Assembly (NCBI GenBank): GCA_963804995.1
Contig: CAWDSK010000003.1
Span: 960,001-1,024,000, forward strand
Source: an uncultured Acidobacteriota bacterium
GTDB lineage: Bacteria > Acidobacteriota > Terriglobia > UBA7540
DNA: 64,000 nt
Direction of reading: 5' to 3'
Shown: one piece after another, positions 39,720 to 49,598 of the stretch
Layout: the number at the start of each line of letters is the position of its first letter
Position numbering within the stretch: position 1 is the first letter of the stretch
Position numbers and translations under genes: made by a program
Notes under the pieces: model-generated
Database searches by the model: none
What the model saw: only the letters and a program-made list of their open reading frames with translations
Told to the model about the DNA's origin: nothing

Positions 39720-41270
39720 TTAGGATTTCTGGGCCGCAGCCCGCTGACTGCGCAAGGCTTCCGGCCGGAGCGCGGCATCTGTCTCCCGGCCCAAACGCGT
39801 GATAATAGCAGGAAGGGCCCGAATATCGGCAAGCGAAGTGCGAAAATTTACGATGCAGGCACGCAGCCAGAATACTCCGCCATTGACCGCGTTGGTCAGG
39901 AACGCTTCGCCACTCTTCTGCAACCTGACCAGCAATTCGCTGTTGAGCTCGTTGAGGTACGCCTCTACCTTTTCGTCGCCGGGGGCAAGATCGCGCGGCA
40001 CATAGCGGAAAGTTGAAATGCTCAGCCCCTGCCGGAAGGTCTGCAACTCCGGGTCAGCCGCGGCCAGCTCGTGCAGGGTCTTGGCGAGGCCGATGTCATC
40101 CGCAATCATGCGCGCATAACCTTCCCGCCCCACCTGGCGCAAGGCGAGCCAGATCTTCAGGGCGCGGAAGCCTCGCGAATTCTCCGGCCCATATTCGAAA
40201 AAGTTAAGGGCCTCGTCCTGCTGCAACATCTGGTAATACGCCGGCGAGTGCGGCGTGAAAGCAGCACGTAACGCCTGACGATCACGCACCAGGGCGCATC
40301 CGGCCTCAAGAGGCGCGTAAAGCCACTTGTGCGGATCGACGGCCACGGAATCCGCTTCGCTGAGCCCGCGCAAATCCGCCGACGCATCGGGCAAGACCGC
40401 CGCAAATCCGCCGTAAGCGCCATCCACGTGGAACCACAGTCCGTGTTCGCGCGCGATGGCGGCGATTTCCGGCAGGGGATCAATCGCGCCGGTGCTGACC
40501 GTGCCCGCCGTCCCGACCACCATAAACGGCAAATCACCCTTGGCCTTGTCCGCCCGGATTCGCTCCCGCAATTCGGTGGTATTGATGCGCTGGTCGGACC
40601 CGGCCGGGATCCAAACCAACGAATCTAGCCCTAGCCCAAACAGGTCTGCCGCCTTGTGAATCCAGGTATGGGTTTCGGACGAAATGTACACCCGCAGTGT
40701 CCCATTTGCGGGGCTCCCAGAGGCAGCGGGGGCGTTGTCCCACGTACTCTTGGCTTTGCGCCCGGCAAGCAGTCCCACAAAATTTGCCATGGTTCCGCCG
40801 GTTACAAGCACGCCGCCAGCTTCGCGCGGGTAGCCTATCATGTCGGCAATCCAGCGGATGGTCTGCGCCTCGATTTCGCTCGCCATCGGAGAGAGAACCC
40901 ATCCGCCGCAATTGGGATTTATCGCCGCCGCCAACAACTCCCCCAGCACGCCAATTGGAGCCGCGGGTGAAGTGATGAACCCCATGAAGCGCGGATGGCC
41001 ATTGAAAAGGGAATGGTCCACCAGCAAGCGCGCGGCTTCATCCAAAAGTTTTCCGGCAGGAGTGCCCTGCTCCGGAAGTGGACCATCCCCGAGAATGGCC
41101 CGGATTTCCCGCGGCGATTCACCCGGACTCACGGCGCGGCTCGGCAATGACTTCAGGAACTCAGCAACGCAATCGACAAGCCGATAACCGAGGGCGCGAA
41201 ATTCCTCCGGGCTCATTTCGAGCGGCGCCCTGCGAGTTTCTTTGGTCCGACTTTTCGCGATAGCTTCCAT
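39720..41270 (-). CDS. Group II PLP-dependent amino acid decarboxylase (aromatic-L-amino-acid decarboxylase-like)
   Basis: HPRFMGFI, GGTMAN, GTAGTVSTGAIDP, HVDGAYGG and DPHKW (PLP lysine) motifs. Confidence 0.88.
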   Translation of the reverse strand: MEAIAKSRTKETRRAPLEMSPEEFRALGYRLVDCVAEFLKSLPSRAVSPGESPREIRAILGDGPLPEQGTPAGKLLDEAARLLVDHSLFNGHPRFMGFITSPAAPIGVLGELLAAAINPNCGGWVLSPMASEIEAQTIRWIADMIGYPREAGGVLVTGGTMANFVGLLAGRKAKSTWDNAPAASGSPANGTLRVYISSETHTWIHKAADLFGLGLDSLVWIPAGSDQRINTTELRERIRADKAKGDLPFMVVGTAGTVSTGAIDPLPEIAAIAREHGLWFHVDGAYGGFAAVLPDASADLRGLSEADSVAVDPHKWLYAPLEAGCALVRDRQALRAAFTPHSPAYYQMLQQDEALNFFEYGPENSRGFRALKIWLALRQVGREGYARMIADDIGLAKTLHELAAADPELQTFRQGLSISTFRYVPRDLAPGDEKVEAYLNELNSELLVRLQKSGEAFLTNAVNGGVFWLRACIVNFRTSLADIRALPAIITRLGRETDAALRPEALRSQRAAAQKS

Positions 41271-41339
41271 GCCGATTCCCTTTGCAGGTACTGATTACGC
41301 CGCCCCCGGGCATAAGCCCAGCGCAACAAGGCGCGAAAC

Positions 41340-42860
41340 TTAAACCAGCGCCACGCTCGCGCCAGGCCGCGGGCTGAGTCTCCCTTTCTTCGCCCGGCGC
41401 ATCTCCGCTTTCAGGAGTTCGCCCAGAATCGCAATGCCCTTTTCAATCTTATCATCGGACAGCGCTGTGTAACATAACCGCAGCGCGTTGTGCTTGGGAT
41501 TCTGAAAGTAGAAATAACGCGCGGGGGCGAAGATCACGCGGCGCTCTCGTGCTTTCACAAGAAGTTCCGAAGCATCCAGGTACCCCGGCAATTCCACCCA
41601 AACCGACATGCCGCCTTCGGGATAGCTCACGTGCACCTCGGTTGGAAATTCGCGCCCCGCCGCGTTCCGGAGCACGTCCTGCTTGTGGGCATAAACCTTG
41701 CAGGTTTTGCGAATCCATTTGTCAAGCCAGCCGCGCCTCCCCAGTTCCTGAACAACCGCCTGCCCCAATAGGTTCGTGTGCAGGTCGGCGCGCTGCTTGG
41801 CCCAGCGGAGACGCTCAATCACCTGACGCGAAGCCACCATCCAACCCACACGCAGGCCGGGCAGTCCGACTTTCGAAAAGCTGTTCAGATAAATGACCAA
41901 GCCCGCCGTGTCCAGGGCCTTCAACGGAGGAATTTGCCGGCCGCGATAGCGCAGCGCGCCGTAAACGTCGTCCTCAATAATCGGAACCTGAAACCGTGTG
42001 GCGAGATCCAGCAAACGCTTCCGGGCCGCAAGCGGCATCGTAAAGCCCGTAGGATTCTGGAAATTCGGGCTGCAAAAAATAAGTTTGATGCGTGTCTGCT
42101 CAAGCAAAGCCTCCAGCGCATCGAGATCCAGGCCTTGCGCCGTAACCGGAACGCCAATCAGGCGGACCCCAGGCGAATCGAAAACATTCCACAGGCCGGT
42201 GTAGGTGGGATTTTCGCAGATGACGGTTTCACCAGGAGATATGAGCGCGCGGCGCAGCAGGTTGAGCGATTGCTGACAGCCGTGCGTCACCAGAATCTCC
42301 TCGAGCTCCACGGGGATGCCGTCGCGTCTGAGACGCGTCTGTAAATAGATTTTGAGTGGCTGATATCCGTCCGTGGAACCATATTGCACCAGGCGTCCGC
42401 CTTCACGGCGCATGACGGCGTCCGTAGCGCGGCGGACCAAGTCCGGGGGCGTCAACTCTTCCGCACCGTGGGCGGCGGCGAAGGAGATGACACCCTCTTC
42501 CATAGAACTGGCCATCAAGCGGCCCAAAGAATCATCGTGCGGCTCTTCCGGAAAGAAGCTCTCCCAGAAAAGATCATTGGCGAGGCGGCGCGACATACCC
42601 TGGGGAGCGCGCAGCGTCTCGGCGAGTAGCGTCACGAAGGTGCCGCGCCCTACCGTCCCCTGAATGAGGCCCTCGGCTTCGAGGTCAGCGTAGGCGTTCC
42701 CCACCGTCGTGCGATGAACCCCCAACTGGTGGGCCAAGTCTCGGCTGGGCTCCAAACGGTCACCAGGCTTCAGACCGCCAGTCACGATGCGTTCGCGAAT
42801 CTGGTCGCGTATCTGAACATAGAGCGGCTTGCGCAAACTTGAATCCAGTGTCACGAGCAT
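41340..42860 (-). CDS. MocR/GntR-family PLP-binding transcription regulator (PdxR-like by context)
   Basis: N-terminal wHTH (LYVQI...LGVHRTTV...GRGTFV) followed by an aminotransferase domain (QNPTG, IEDDVY, SFSK). Confidence 0.9.
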   Translation of the reverse strand: MLVTLDSSLRKPLYVQIRDQIRERIVTGGLKPGDRLEPSRDLAHQLGVHRTTVGNAYADLEAEGLIQGTVGRGTFVTLLAETLRAPQGMSRRLANDLFWESFFPEEPHDDSLGRLMASSMEEGVISFAAAHGAEELTPPDLVRRATDAVMRREGGRLVQYGSTDGYQPLKIYLQTRLRRDGIPVELEEILVTHGCQQSLNLLRRALISPGETVICENPTYTGLWNVFDSPGVRLIGVPVTAQGLDLDALEALLEQTRIKLIFCSPNFQNPTGFTMPLAARKRLLDLATRFQVPIIEDDVYGALRYRGRQIPPLKALDTAGLVIYLNSFSKVGLPGLRVGWMVASRQVIERLRWAKQRADLHTNLLGQAVVQELGRRGWLDKWIRKTCKVYAHKQDVLRNAAGREFPTEVHVSYPEGGMSVWVELPGYLDASELLVKARERRVIFAPARYFYFQNPKHNALRLCYTALSDDKIEKGIAILGELLKAEMRRAKKGRLSPRPGASVALV

Positions 42861-42969
42861 ATGGCCGGAACTCCTCTGGACTGTTGACTAGTCCAATCTA
42901 GAACCATAATGGTCTGTTGTAAAGAGCCAAGTAGGCCAATAGATGGATGGGCCATTGGGGGCCGGGGGT

Positions 42970-43602
42970 TCAGGCCGGAGGCAGGAGAATCGCACTCCGT
43001 GGCAAAGACCGGAAAGATGTGTTTTTTCTCGCCGACTCCGGGCGGCCCGCGGCCTTCTGCGTGCTGCTTTGCTTTATTCGTTCCCGCAGGCGCTCACGCA
43101 AGTCAGCAGGCGTGGAAGGGTTGCAGGCCACGAGAAACCACAGGGGTTCGCGGGAATCATCCGCCATCGTCTGCAGGACCGTAGGGGGAGTGTGAGGATG
43201 CCGCGCCACATTCTGCCGCACGGCCGAGTAGGGATGCGTGGCCAAATGATCGAGCAGTTCGGGTGAGGCTTCCGCGTGCTCAGTCAGCACCCGCGCCAGA
43301 AGATAATCATCCGGATGTAAGGCGTAAGCCAGACGCAGCAGTTCTTGCGAGGTGGCGTGGGGGTCGCGTGCCTTTTGAAATTTGCGATCCCAGGCAGGAG
43401 TCATGCGGTTCAGGTCCTCCGTCCGGATCTTGATCAGTTGCTTGAGCTGGCGAACTTCTGCGAGTTTCCGTGGGCGCGGAAGCCTGGCGCGTTGGACCGA
43501 GTGGAGGACTTCTTGCAAGTGGGCACGCTCTCCGAAAACTACCTGGGAACCTCGGTAGACTTTCTTAACCTTGAATTTCGCGCGAGTGTCTTCCCTCGTC
43601 AT
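42970..43602 (-). CDS. Hypothetical protein with LRV/HEAT-like repeats
   Basis: Repeated VRQNVARHPHTP / VACNPSTP motifs; GGAGG RBS. Confidence 0.6.
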   Translation of the reverse strand: MTREDTRAKFKVKKVYRGSQVVFGERAHLQEVLHSVQRARLPRPRKLAEVRQLKQLIKIRTEDLNRMTPAWDRKFQKARDPHATSQELLRLAYALHPDDYLLARVLTEHAEASPELLDHLATHPYSAVRQNVARHPHTPPTVLQTMADDSREPLWFLVACNPSTPADLRERLRERIKQSSTQKAAGRPESARKNTSFRSLPRSAILLPPA

Positions 43603-43825
43603 TATCGGCCTCCATTATTCATCCTCTCTCTTGGCGAAACACAACCACTTGGCCACACCCCAAAAAGCACCCCCCGCTCGCTCAGCACCTAGACAATCAA
43701 TCAGGCCGGGCCCACGTCTGCACCCTACCAATAATCTCGGGGCACGAAACTTGCCATCCGCGCACGTCACTGGGAATTTCGAAGTGTATCAAGACTGCGA
43801 ACGATACTCAACGTCGGAGCCGGTT

Positions 43826-43916
43826 CGGTAGTGGGTCAATTTGATTTCGTAGCGGCGAGTTTACCTCGCCATATGGCGGCGTAAAGCCGCCTCTACATCA
43901 AATTGACCCACTACCG
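43826..43916. mobile_element. 91-bp MITE-like element with perfect 20-bp terminal inverted repeats and an internal REP (family D-like)
   Basis: cggtagtgggtcaatttgat ... atcaaattgacccactaccg, enclosing gtagcggcgagtttacctcgcc...ctac. Confidence 0.75.
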
Positions 43917-44017
43917 CCGGGTCGGGAAGCGTATGCAGCTTTACAAATACGTTGGTTCGCGGAACAATTCCTGATATGTTTCGGGTTTAGAAATAACACG
44001 CCCCGACGCCCGCAAAC

Positions 44018-45256
44018 ATGATGACAAACACATCTCCAAGGGCTGACCCGCGCACGGAAGGTCGCGCCAACCAGTGGACTGCTCTAGCCGCGGGATTTCT
44101 GGGCTGGGCGCTTGACGCCTTCGACTTCTTCATCCTCACCTTCGTATTGGCTCCGGTGGCGCGCGATTTCGGGGTTTCTCTGGTGGACATTGCTGCGACG
44201 CTCACCGCCAGCCTGATGATGCGCCCTGCCGGCGCAGTGCTGTTTGGATTAATGGCGGACCGCTACGGCCGCCGCATACCATTGATGCTCGATATTGTTT
44301 TCTACTCGGTGGTCGAGGTCCTGTCGGGTTTGGCGCCAAATTTCAAAGTGTTCTTTGTCCTGCGCCTTCTCTATGGAATTGGCATGGGAGGGGCCTGGGG
44401 GGTGGGCGCATCGCTGGCGATGGAATCGGTGTCGGTCAAGTGGCGCGGGATTGTTTCAGGGTTACTGCAACAGGGTTACGCATTGGGAAACCTGCTGGCC
44501 GCCGCGGTTTATGCTTTGGTCTTCCCGCACTGGGGCTGGCGCGCCATGTTTTTTATTGGCGGATTGCCCGCGCTGCTTTCACTCTTCATCTTCGCCAAGG
44601 TAAAGGAACCCGAGGCCTGGCACGAGTCGCGCACCGACTGGCACACTTACGGAAAGGCCATCGCCCGGCATTGGAAATTGTTTCTCTATATGGCTCTCCT
44701 GATGACGGCGATGAATTGCATTTCCCATGGCACGCAGGACCTTTTCCCCACTTTCTTGTTGCGGCAACGACACTTCAGTCCCCAGATTACGGCGATGATT
44801 ACGATGATTTCCATGGTGGGAGCGATTTGCGGAGGTGTCGCGTTTGGGCGTTACTCGGATCACGGGGGACGCCGCCGGGCGATGGTCACGGCGGTGATTT
44901 CCGCGCTCGTGCTCACCCCTGCCTGGTTGCTTGCGCCCACCGTGGCACTGATGGTCGGCGCGACGTTTTTGATGCAGTTCATGGTGCAAGGGGCGTGGGG
45001 GGTAATTCCCGCGCATCTGAACGAACTATCGCCCAACGAGTTGCGTGGATTTTTCCCAGGCTTTGCCTACCAGATCGGAGTGCTCTGCGCGGCGAGTGTT
45101 CCACTGATTCAAGCGGTTCTGACCCGGCACCTGAGCTACGCGCAATCCTTGGGATTCCTGGCGGCCGCTGTTTTGGCAGTCGGCGTGCCGATCATCGCCC
45201 TTGGGCCAGAGGCAAAAGGTGTGGCGTTCGGCAGGGCTAACCCGCCGACCGTGTAG
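44018..45256 (+). CDS. MFS transporter, SHS family (NanT/Jen1-like)
   Basis: GWALDAFDF, ADRYGRR, GIGMGG, SHGTQDLFPTFL and QGAWGVIPAHLNEL motifs. Confidence 0.88.
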   Translation: MMTNTSPRADPRTEGRANQWTALAAGFLGWALDAFDFFILTFVLAPVARDFGVSLVDIAATLTASLMMRPAGAVLFGLMADRYGRRIPLMLDIVFYSVVEVLSGLAPNFKVFFVLRLLYGIGMGGAWGVGASLAMESVSVKWRGIVSGLLQQGYALGNLLAAAVYALVFPHWGWRAMFFIGGLPALLSLFIFAKVKEPEAWHESRTDWHTYGKAIARHWKLFLYMALLMTAMNCISHGTQDLFPTFLLRQRHFSPQITAMITMISMVGAICGGVAFGRYSDHGGRRRAMVTAVISALVLTPAWLLAPTVALMVGATFLMQFMVQGAWGVIPAHLNELSPNELRGFFPGFAYQIGVLCAASVPLIQAVLTRHLSYAQSLGFLAAAVLAVGVPIIALGPEAKGVAFGRANPPTV

Positions 45257-45379
45257 GGCCGATGCCCCCCTCACCAGTGTTTCTCACCAATCCGAGGCGT
45301 TTTCGTGGGGCAGTCGGAAGGGCGGGTCTTCAGCCCCGCTGCCGAAGCCGCCCCTCTCATTTTGGACGTCCCGTACTGC

Positions 45380-46768
45380 TTAAAGAGAATCAACGAAAAC
45401 CAAGTAGGAAGATCCCCAAAGGTTGGTGGGAATTGAGCCACGCGGCTGGCTGGTGATGACGATGTGGAAGCCTCGGGCGGCGGAGGCAATGCGCGCCTGT
45501 AAGCTCTCCATCGACGTGGGCGAGCCGGCCTTCGGCTCGATGAGCGCCAGCTTTTCGAGCACCGGGTAGATGATCTCCCCCGAGGGCGCCATGGGCGTTT
45601 CGAAGCCGTCAGCGAGAAATTGCATCTGCGCATCAATCTCGTAGAAGTGCCACGCCAGGCACGCGCAGAAGTTGACGCCTTTCTCAAATCGCGCCAGGGA
45701 TTTCTCATCCGTAGCGGGAAGCGTGGTGTCGAAGACCAGCACCAGGCGCCGTTCATCTTCGCGTGTAAATTCCCGCACCTTGAGCTTCTGGGCCTTGGCT
45801 GTGGCTTTCCAATCCACGTGGCGGGCGCTATCCGATTCCTCAAAATCACGGATCGCGTACAGGTCGTGGCCGCGGCCCTTGTAGAGGCTTTCGATCTCAC
45901 CGCCAATCAGGGGCAGGATTTCGTAAAACTCCTCCGTGGGCTGCACGTTGGGGAGAACCAGGATTTCCTGTTTGCTCGCCACCTCATGGGCTTTCCGCAG
46001 CAGGCCGAAGGGGAACTTGGAGCTGACGCGAAAGCCTTCCTGCGTGTAGCGCCCGCGGCGGGGGAAACTAAGCTCCACATGCTGCGTCACGGATGACCGG
46101 TGCGGAATGAAAGGAACATAGACCGGGGCGTCGAGGATCTGGCGCGGCATGACGATCGGCAAGCGCTTTTGCTTGCGATTCCGAGGGTCACGGGCGGAAA
46201 GCGTTATCGAGAACGAGGGGAAAACCCACTTCAGGTTTTGAACCGTCAAGCGCGAAATCAAGGGCTGCTGGGCGAAAACGTGTTCCGGCAGGACGAAATC
46301 CAGTTCGAGCTGCGAAAGCACGATCGCCGATAGAACCCCTGAGGCCAGAATTCCTGCCAGAAGATTGGCCAAAATAATAAACAGGAGATTGTTACCCGTA
46401 TTCAGCGCGGCGATGGCGATGACCATGATGATCAGGAAATAAACCACACCTTCGCGGGTGAACTCATACTCGATCTTCACCATCCACCGCTCAAGAGCAG
46501 TGCGGTGTGCGAGATAGGGGACAACCTTGACCGCCACCACGGCGGCCACAATCAGCGAAAAAGCGGCGACCCACGCGGCCCCTTCCATGTGACCCGCTTC
46601 ATGCAAAGCGGATGAATACAAAGCGAGAAAGAAGGCCAACCCCAGACCGAAGAGTGCCTGGAAGAACCGCCGCCAGGCGGGGCGGTCGACGTGCATCATC
46701 TGGTAGCGCGCCATGAGCCAAAGGTCGCGCATGACGCCGCCGTTCGAGACCGGGGAGGATGTAGCCAT
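45380..46768 (-). CDS. DUF58 domain protein (MoxR-associated)
   Basis: NTGNNLL, RRGRY, FPFGL and RHVDWKATAK...VREF motifs. Confidence 0.88.
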   Translation of the reverse strand: MATSSPVSNGGVMRDLWLMARYQMMHVDRPAWRRFFQALFGLGLAFFLALYSSALHEAGHMEGAAWVAAFSLIVAAVVAVKVVPYLAHRTALERWMVKIEYEFTREGVVYFLIIMVIAIAALNTGNNLLFIILANLLAGILASGVLSAIVLSQLELDFVLPEHVFAQQPLISRLTVQNLKWVFPSFSITLSARDPRNRKQKRLPIVMPRQILDAPVYVPFIPHRSSVTQHVELSFPRRGRYTQEGFRVSSKFPFGLLRKAHEVASKQEILVLPNVQPTEEFYEILPLIGGEIESLYKGRGHDLYAIRDFEESDSARHVDWKATAKAQKLKVREFTREDERRLVLVFDTTLPATDEKSLARFEKGVNFCACLAWHFYEIDAQMQFLADGFETPMAPSGEIIYPVLEKLALIEPKAGSPTSMESLQARIASAARGFHIVITSQPRGSIPTNLWGSSYLVFVDSL

Positions 46769-46801
46769 GAAGGGTTAATTGTAACTCAGGTGGCCGGGAG
46801 A

Positions 46802-47003
46802 ACAGTAGGCAGTGGGCAGTAGGCAGTAGGCAGCAAGCAGTAAGCGGAAGGCAGAAGGCGGCAAAACTGTCCCGCGTCCGGTGGTCCATAAGGGTGGGTC
46901 AGGAGTACGCTTTGAAATTTGGTGGTGGCTGAGCAGCGATTGAAATCTAGCTCCAAAATCGCTGGTGCTTGCTGCCTTCTGCCTTCCGCTTACTGCCTTC
47001 GGT
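46802..47003. repeat. Inverted heptamer arrays (GCAGTAG/GCAGAAG) at the moxR-DUF58 junction
   Basis: cagtaggcagtgggcagtaggcagtagg...gcagaaggcgg versus gctgccttctgccttccgcttactgcc. Confidence 0.85.
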
Positions 47004-47006
47004 TCT

Positions 47007-47993
47007 TCACAGCGGCACGGGAGTGGTTTCAAGGATTTCACGCAGGATGGCTTCCGACTGATCAGATTTCTTCATCGTCGAGAGGTAACGCGAGCTCACG
47101 ATGCAGCGGTGGCCGAACACGGGGAGCACCAGCCGTTTGAAGTCGTCGGGGATGCAATAGGTGCGGCCTTCCATTAGGGCGAGAGCCTGGGCGGCGCGAT
47201 ACAAGGACATAGAGCCGCGCGGGCTGACCCCCAGGCTAAGATACTCATGCTGGCGAGTCTTCTCCACGATCGCCAAAGTGTAATTCATCAACTCTTCATC
47301 CACGGCCACGCGGCGAACCGACTGCTGGACTTCCAGCACCTCTTCCGCACTCATGACGGGTTCGATCTTGGCGAGCGGCTCCGAATCCGCGAAATTCCTC
47401 AGGATTTCCTTTTCACTTTGCAGATTGGGGTAGCCGACTCGCACCCGCATCAGAAAGCGGTCCAGTTGCGATTCCGGAAGAGGGTAAGTGCCGTGATGCT
47501 CAATGGGATTCTGCGTGGCCACCACCATGAACGGCTGTGGAAGCGGGTAAGTGCGGTTATCGACGGTCACCTGATGTTCGTTCATGGCTTCCAGCAAGGC
47601 GCTTTGCGTCTTGGGCGTGGTGCGATTGATTTCATCCGCCAGGACGATGTTGGCAAAGATGGGACCGGGGCGAAACTCGAAATGCTGGGACGATTGATTG
47701 AACACGCTGATGCCCACGACGTCAGAGGGCAGCATGTCGGAGGTGAACTGCAGGCGCTGGAAGGTGCAGTTGAAGGAGCGCGCCAGGGAATGCGCCAGCG
47801 TGGTCTTACCAACGCCCGGAACATCCTCAATCAGCAGGTGGCCCCGCGCGAAGAGGCCCACCAGCGTGAGCTGGATGACATCGTCTTTTCCCCGAATCAC
47901 ACTTTGCACAGACTGCTGCACGCGCTTAAGAAGATCCGATCCAACGGCGGTCTGATTGTTCACTTCAGTTCTTTCCATGTTATTGAATCTCAA
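47007..47993 (-). CDS. MoxR-family AAA+ ATPase
   Basis: EDVPGVGKT, LADEINR, ATQNP and PLPESQLDRF motifs. The real start may be slightly downstream. Confidence 0.93.
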   Translation of the reverse strand: MRFNNMERTEVNNQTAVGSDLLKRVQQSVQSVIRGKDDVIQLTLVGLFARGHLLIEDVPGVGKTTLAHSLARSFNCTFQRLQFTSDMLPSDVVGISVFNQSSQHFEFRPGPIFANIVLADEINRTTPKTQSALLEAMNEHQVTVDNRTYPLPQPFMVVATQNPIEHHGTYPLPESQLDRFLMRVRVGYPNLQSEKEILRNFADSEPLAKIEPVMSAEEVLEVQQSVRRVAVDEELMNYTLAIVEKTRQHEYLSLGVSPRGSMSLYRAAQALALMEGRTYCIPDDFKRLVLPVFGHRCIVSSRYLSTMKKSDQSEAILREILETTPVPL

Positions 47994-48068
47994 GAATTGG
48001 CCCTGGGCTGGGGGTCAGTCTGCGTCTAGACCATGGCCTGAAAATCTGCTATGTTCAAGTGTTGCTGT

Positions 48069-48143
48069 GGGCGATTAACTCAGCGGTAGAGTGCTATCCT
48101 CACACGGTAGAAGTCACAGGTTCGAATCCTGTATCGCCCACCA
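48069..48143 (+). tRNA. tRNA-Val (CAC)
   Basis: GGGCGATTAACTCAGCGGTAGAGTGCTATCCTCACACGGTAGAAGTCACAGGTTCGAATCCTGTATCGCCCACCA; anticodon loop CTCACAC. Confidence 0.95.
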
Positions 48144-48314
48144 CTTCTGCCCGGCTTAACTCAAATATTCTATCAAAGTTCAGCAGCTTGTAGGCACCTT
48201 TCCCTGCAACGCCTCCGTCGTAGAGCGGTTGAGTCCCGAGACCCGCGCAGGTGTGCTAGTATCAAGGTTTGGAGTAGTTTCGCATTCATCATTCAACTGA
48301 CCTGTGGGGGAAGC

Positions 48315-49397
48315 GTGCTGCGCATTGGCATTGTCGGTCTGGCGCAGACCGGTAAGACAACCCTTTTTCAGATTCTGACTCACGCGCATGGCAGCGGGCT
48401 GGGCTCCGGGCGCCCGGAGGCCCACGTGGGTGTGGTACGCGTGCCCGACTCCCGGCTCGACCGCCTGTCCGCGCTGTACCAACCGGAGAAGACGGTCCAC
48501 GCGACCATCGAGTACATGGACATGCCGGGCAGCGTCATCGAGCTGGCGCGAACGGGGGCGCAATCGCAGGCCTTGCGCGAGCTCAACGCCCTTGTCCACG
48601 TGGTGCGCGCTTTCGATGAGGTTTCGATTCCGGTGGAAGGTGGCGCGGTCAATCCCCGGCAGGATATCGAGAATGTGGAGCTCGAGCTGATTCTCTCCGA
48701 CCTGGCGGTGGTGGAAAAAAGGCTGGAGCGGCTTTCAAAGGACATCAAGAAGCAAAAGAACCCCGCCCTCGAAAAGGAGTTCGAAGTGTTGACGGCTTCG
48801 AAGGCGGCGCTCGAAAAACAAACCCCTCTGCGCGAAATTCCCTTCAGCCTGGAAGATGCCAAGGTGATTCGCGGCTTCACCTTCCTTTCACTCAAACCCA
48901 TGCTTTACGTTCTGAACCTGGGCGAAGGCGACGCGGCGCGCGCCAACCTGGCGGAGCAGTTTGCGGCGGACGCCGGATTGAAACATCGCCCCCGCACGGC
49001 TGTCAGCGCGATTTGCGGCAAGGTGGAAGCGGAACTTGCTGAGATGAGCGATGCGGACGCCGCGGAATTTCTTTTAAGTTACGGAATTCAGGAATCAGCC
49101 ACCACCCGGCTAATTCGCGCCAGCTATCAACTCCTGGGGTTGATTTCCTTCTTCACCGTGGGCGAGGACGAATGCCGCGCCTGGACCATCCCTGCCGGCA
49201 CCACGGCGCTTGGGGCCGCGGGCGAAATCCACACCGACATCCAGCACGGATTCATCCGCGCTGAGGTGGTGAAATTTGACGATCTGATCTCAACGGGCAG
49301 CTTCGCCGAAGCCCGCAATCGCGCCCTCCTGCGTCTGGAGGGAAAAGAGTACGTCGTGCACGACGGAGAGATCGTGCATTTCCGGCATTCGGGGTAG
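48315..49397 (+). CDS. ychF: Redox-regulated ATPase YchF (Obg family)
   Basis: GIVGLAQTGKTTLF, VPDSRL, ISFFTVG, IHTDI and GKEYVVHDG motifs. Confidence 0.9.
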   Translation: MLRIGIVGLAQTGKTTLFQILTHAHGSGLGSGRPEAHVGVVRVPDSRLDRLSALYQPEKTVHATIEYMDMPGSVIELARTGAQSQALRELNALVHVVRAFDEVSIPVEGGAVNPRQDIENVELELILSDLAVVEKRLERLSKDIKKQKNPALEKEFEVLTASKAALEKQTPLREIPFSLEDAKVIRGFTFLSLKPMLYVLNLGEGDAARANLAEQFAADAGLKHRPRTAVSAICGKVEAELAEMSDADAAEFLLSYGIQESATTRLIRASYQLLGLISFFTVGEDECRAWTIPAGTTALGAAGEIHTDIQHGFIRAEVVKFDDLISTGSFAEARNRALLRLEGKEYVVHDGEIVHFRHSG

Positions 49398-49399
49398 TT

Positions 49400-49593
49400 G
49401 GCTTTCAGCTATCAGCAGTCAGCTTTCAGCTAAGGCAATAGTTCAGCGTCGACCAATGGCTTCTACTGATAACTCTTTGGAGCAGACCGCTGACCCCTGA
49501 TTGCTGAAGGCTGGGGACGGGACGCTGAGGTATTTTCCTAGCCCCAAGCGCCGGTTTTCAAAGCTGAAAGCTGATGGCTGAAAGCTGAGAGCT
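49400..49593. repeat. Inverted heptamer arrays (GCTWTCA/TGAWAGC) at the ychF-ZIP junction
   Basis: gctttcagctatcagcagtcagctttcagc versus gctgaaagctgatggctgaaagctgagagc. Confidence 0.85.
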
Positions 49594-49598
49594 TTTGC

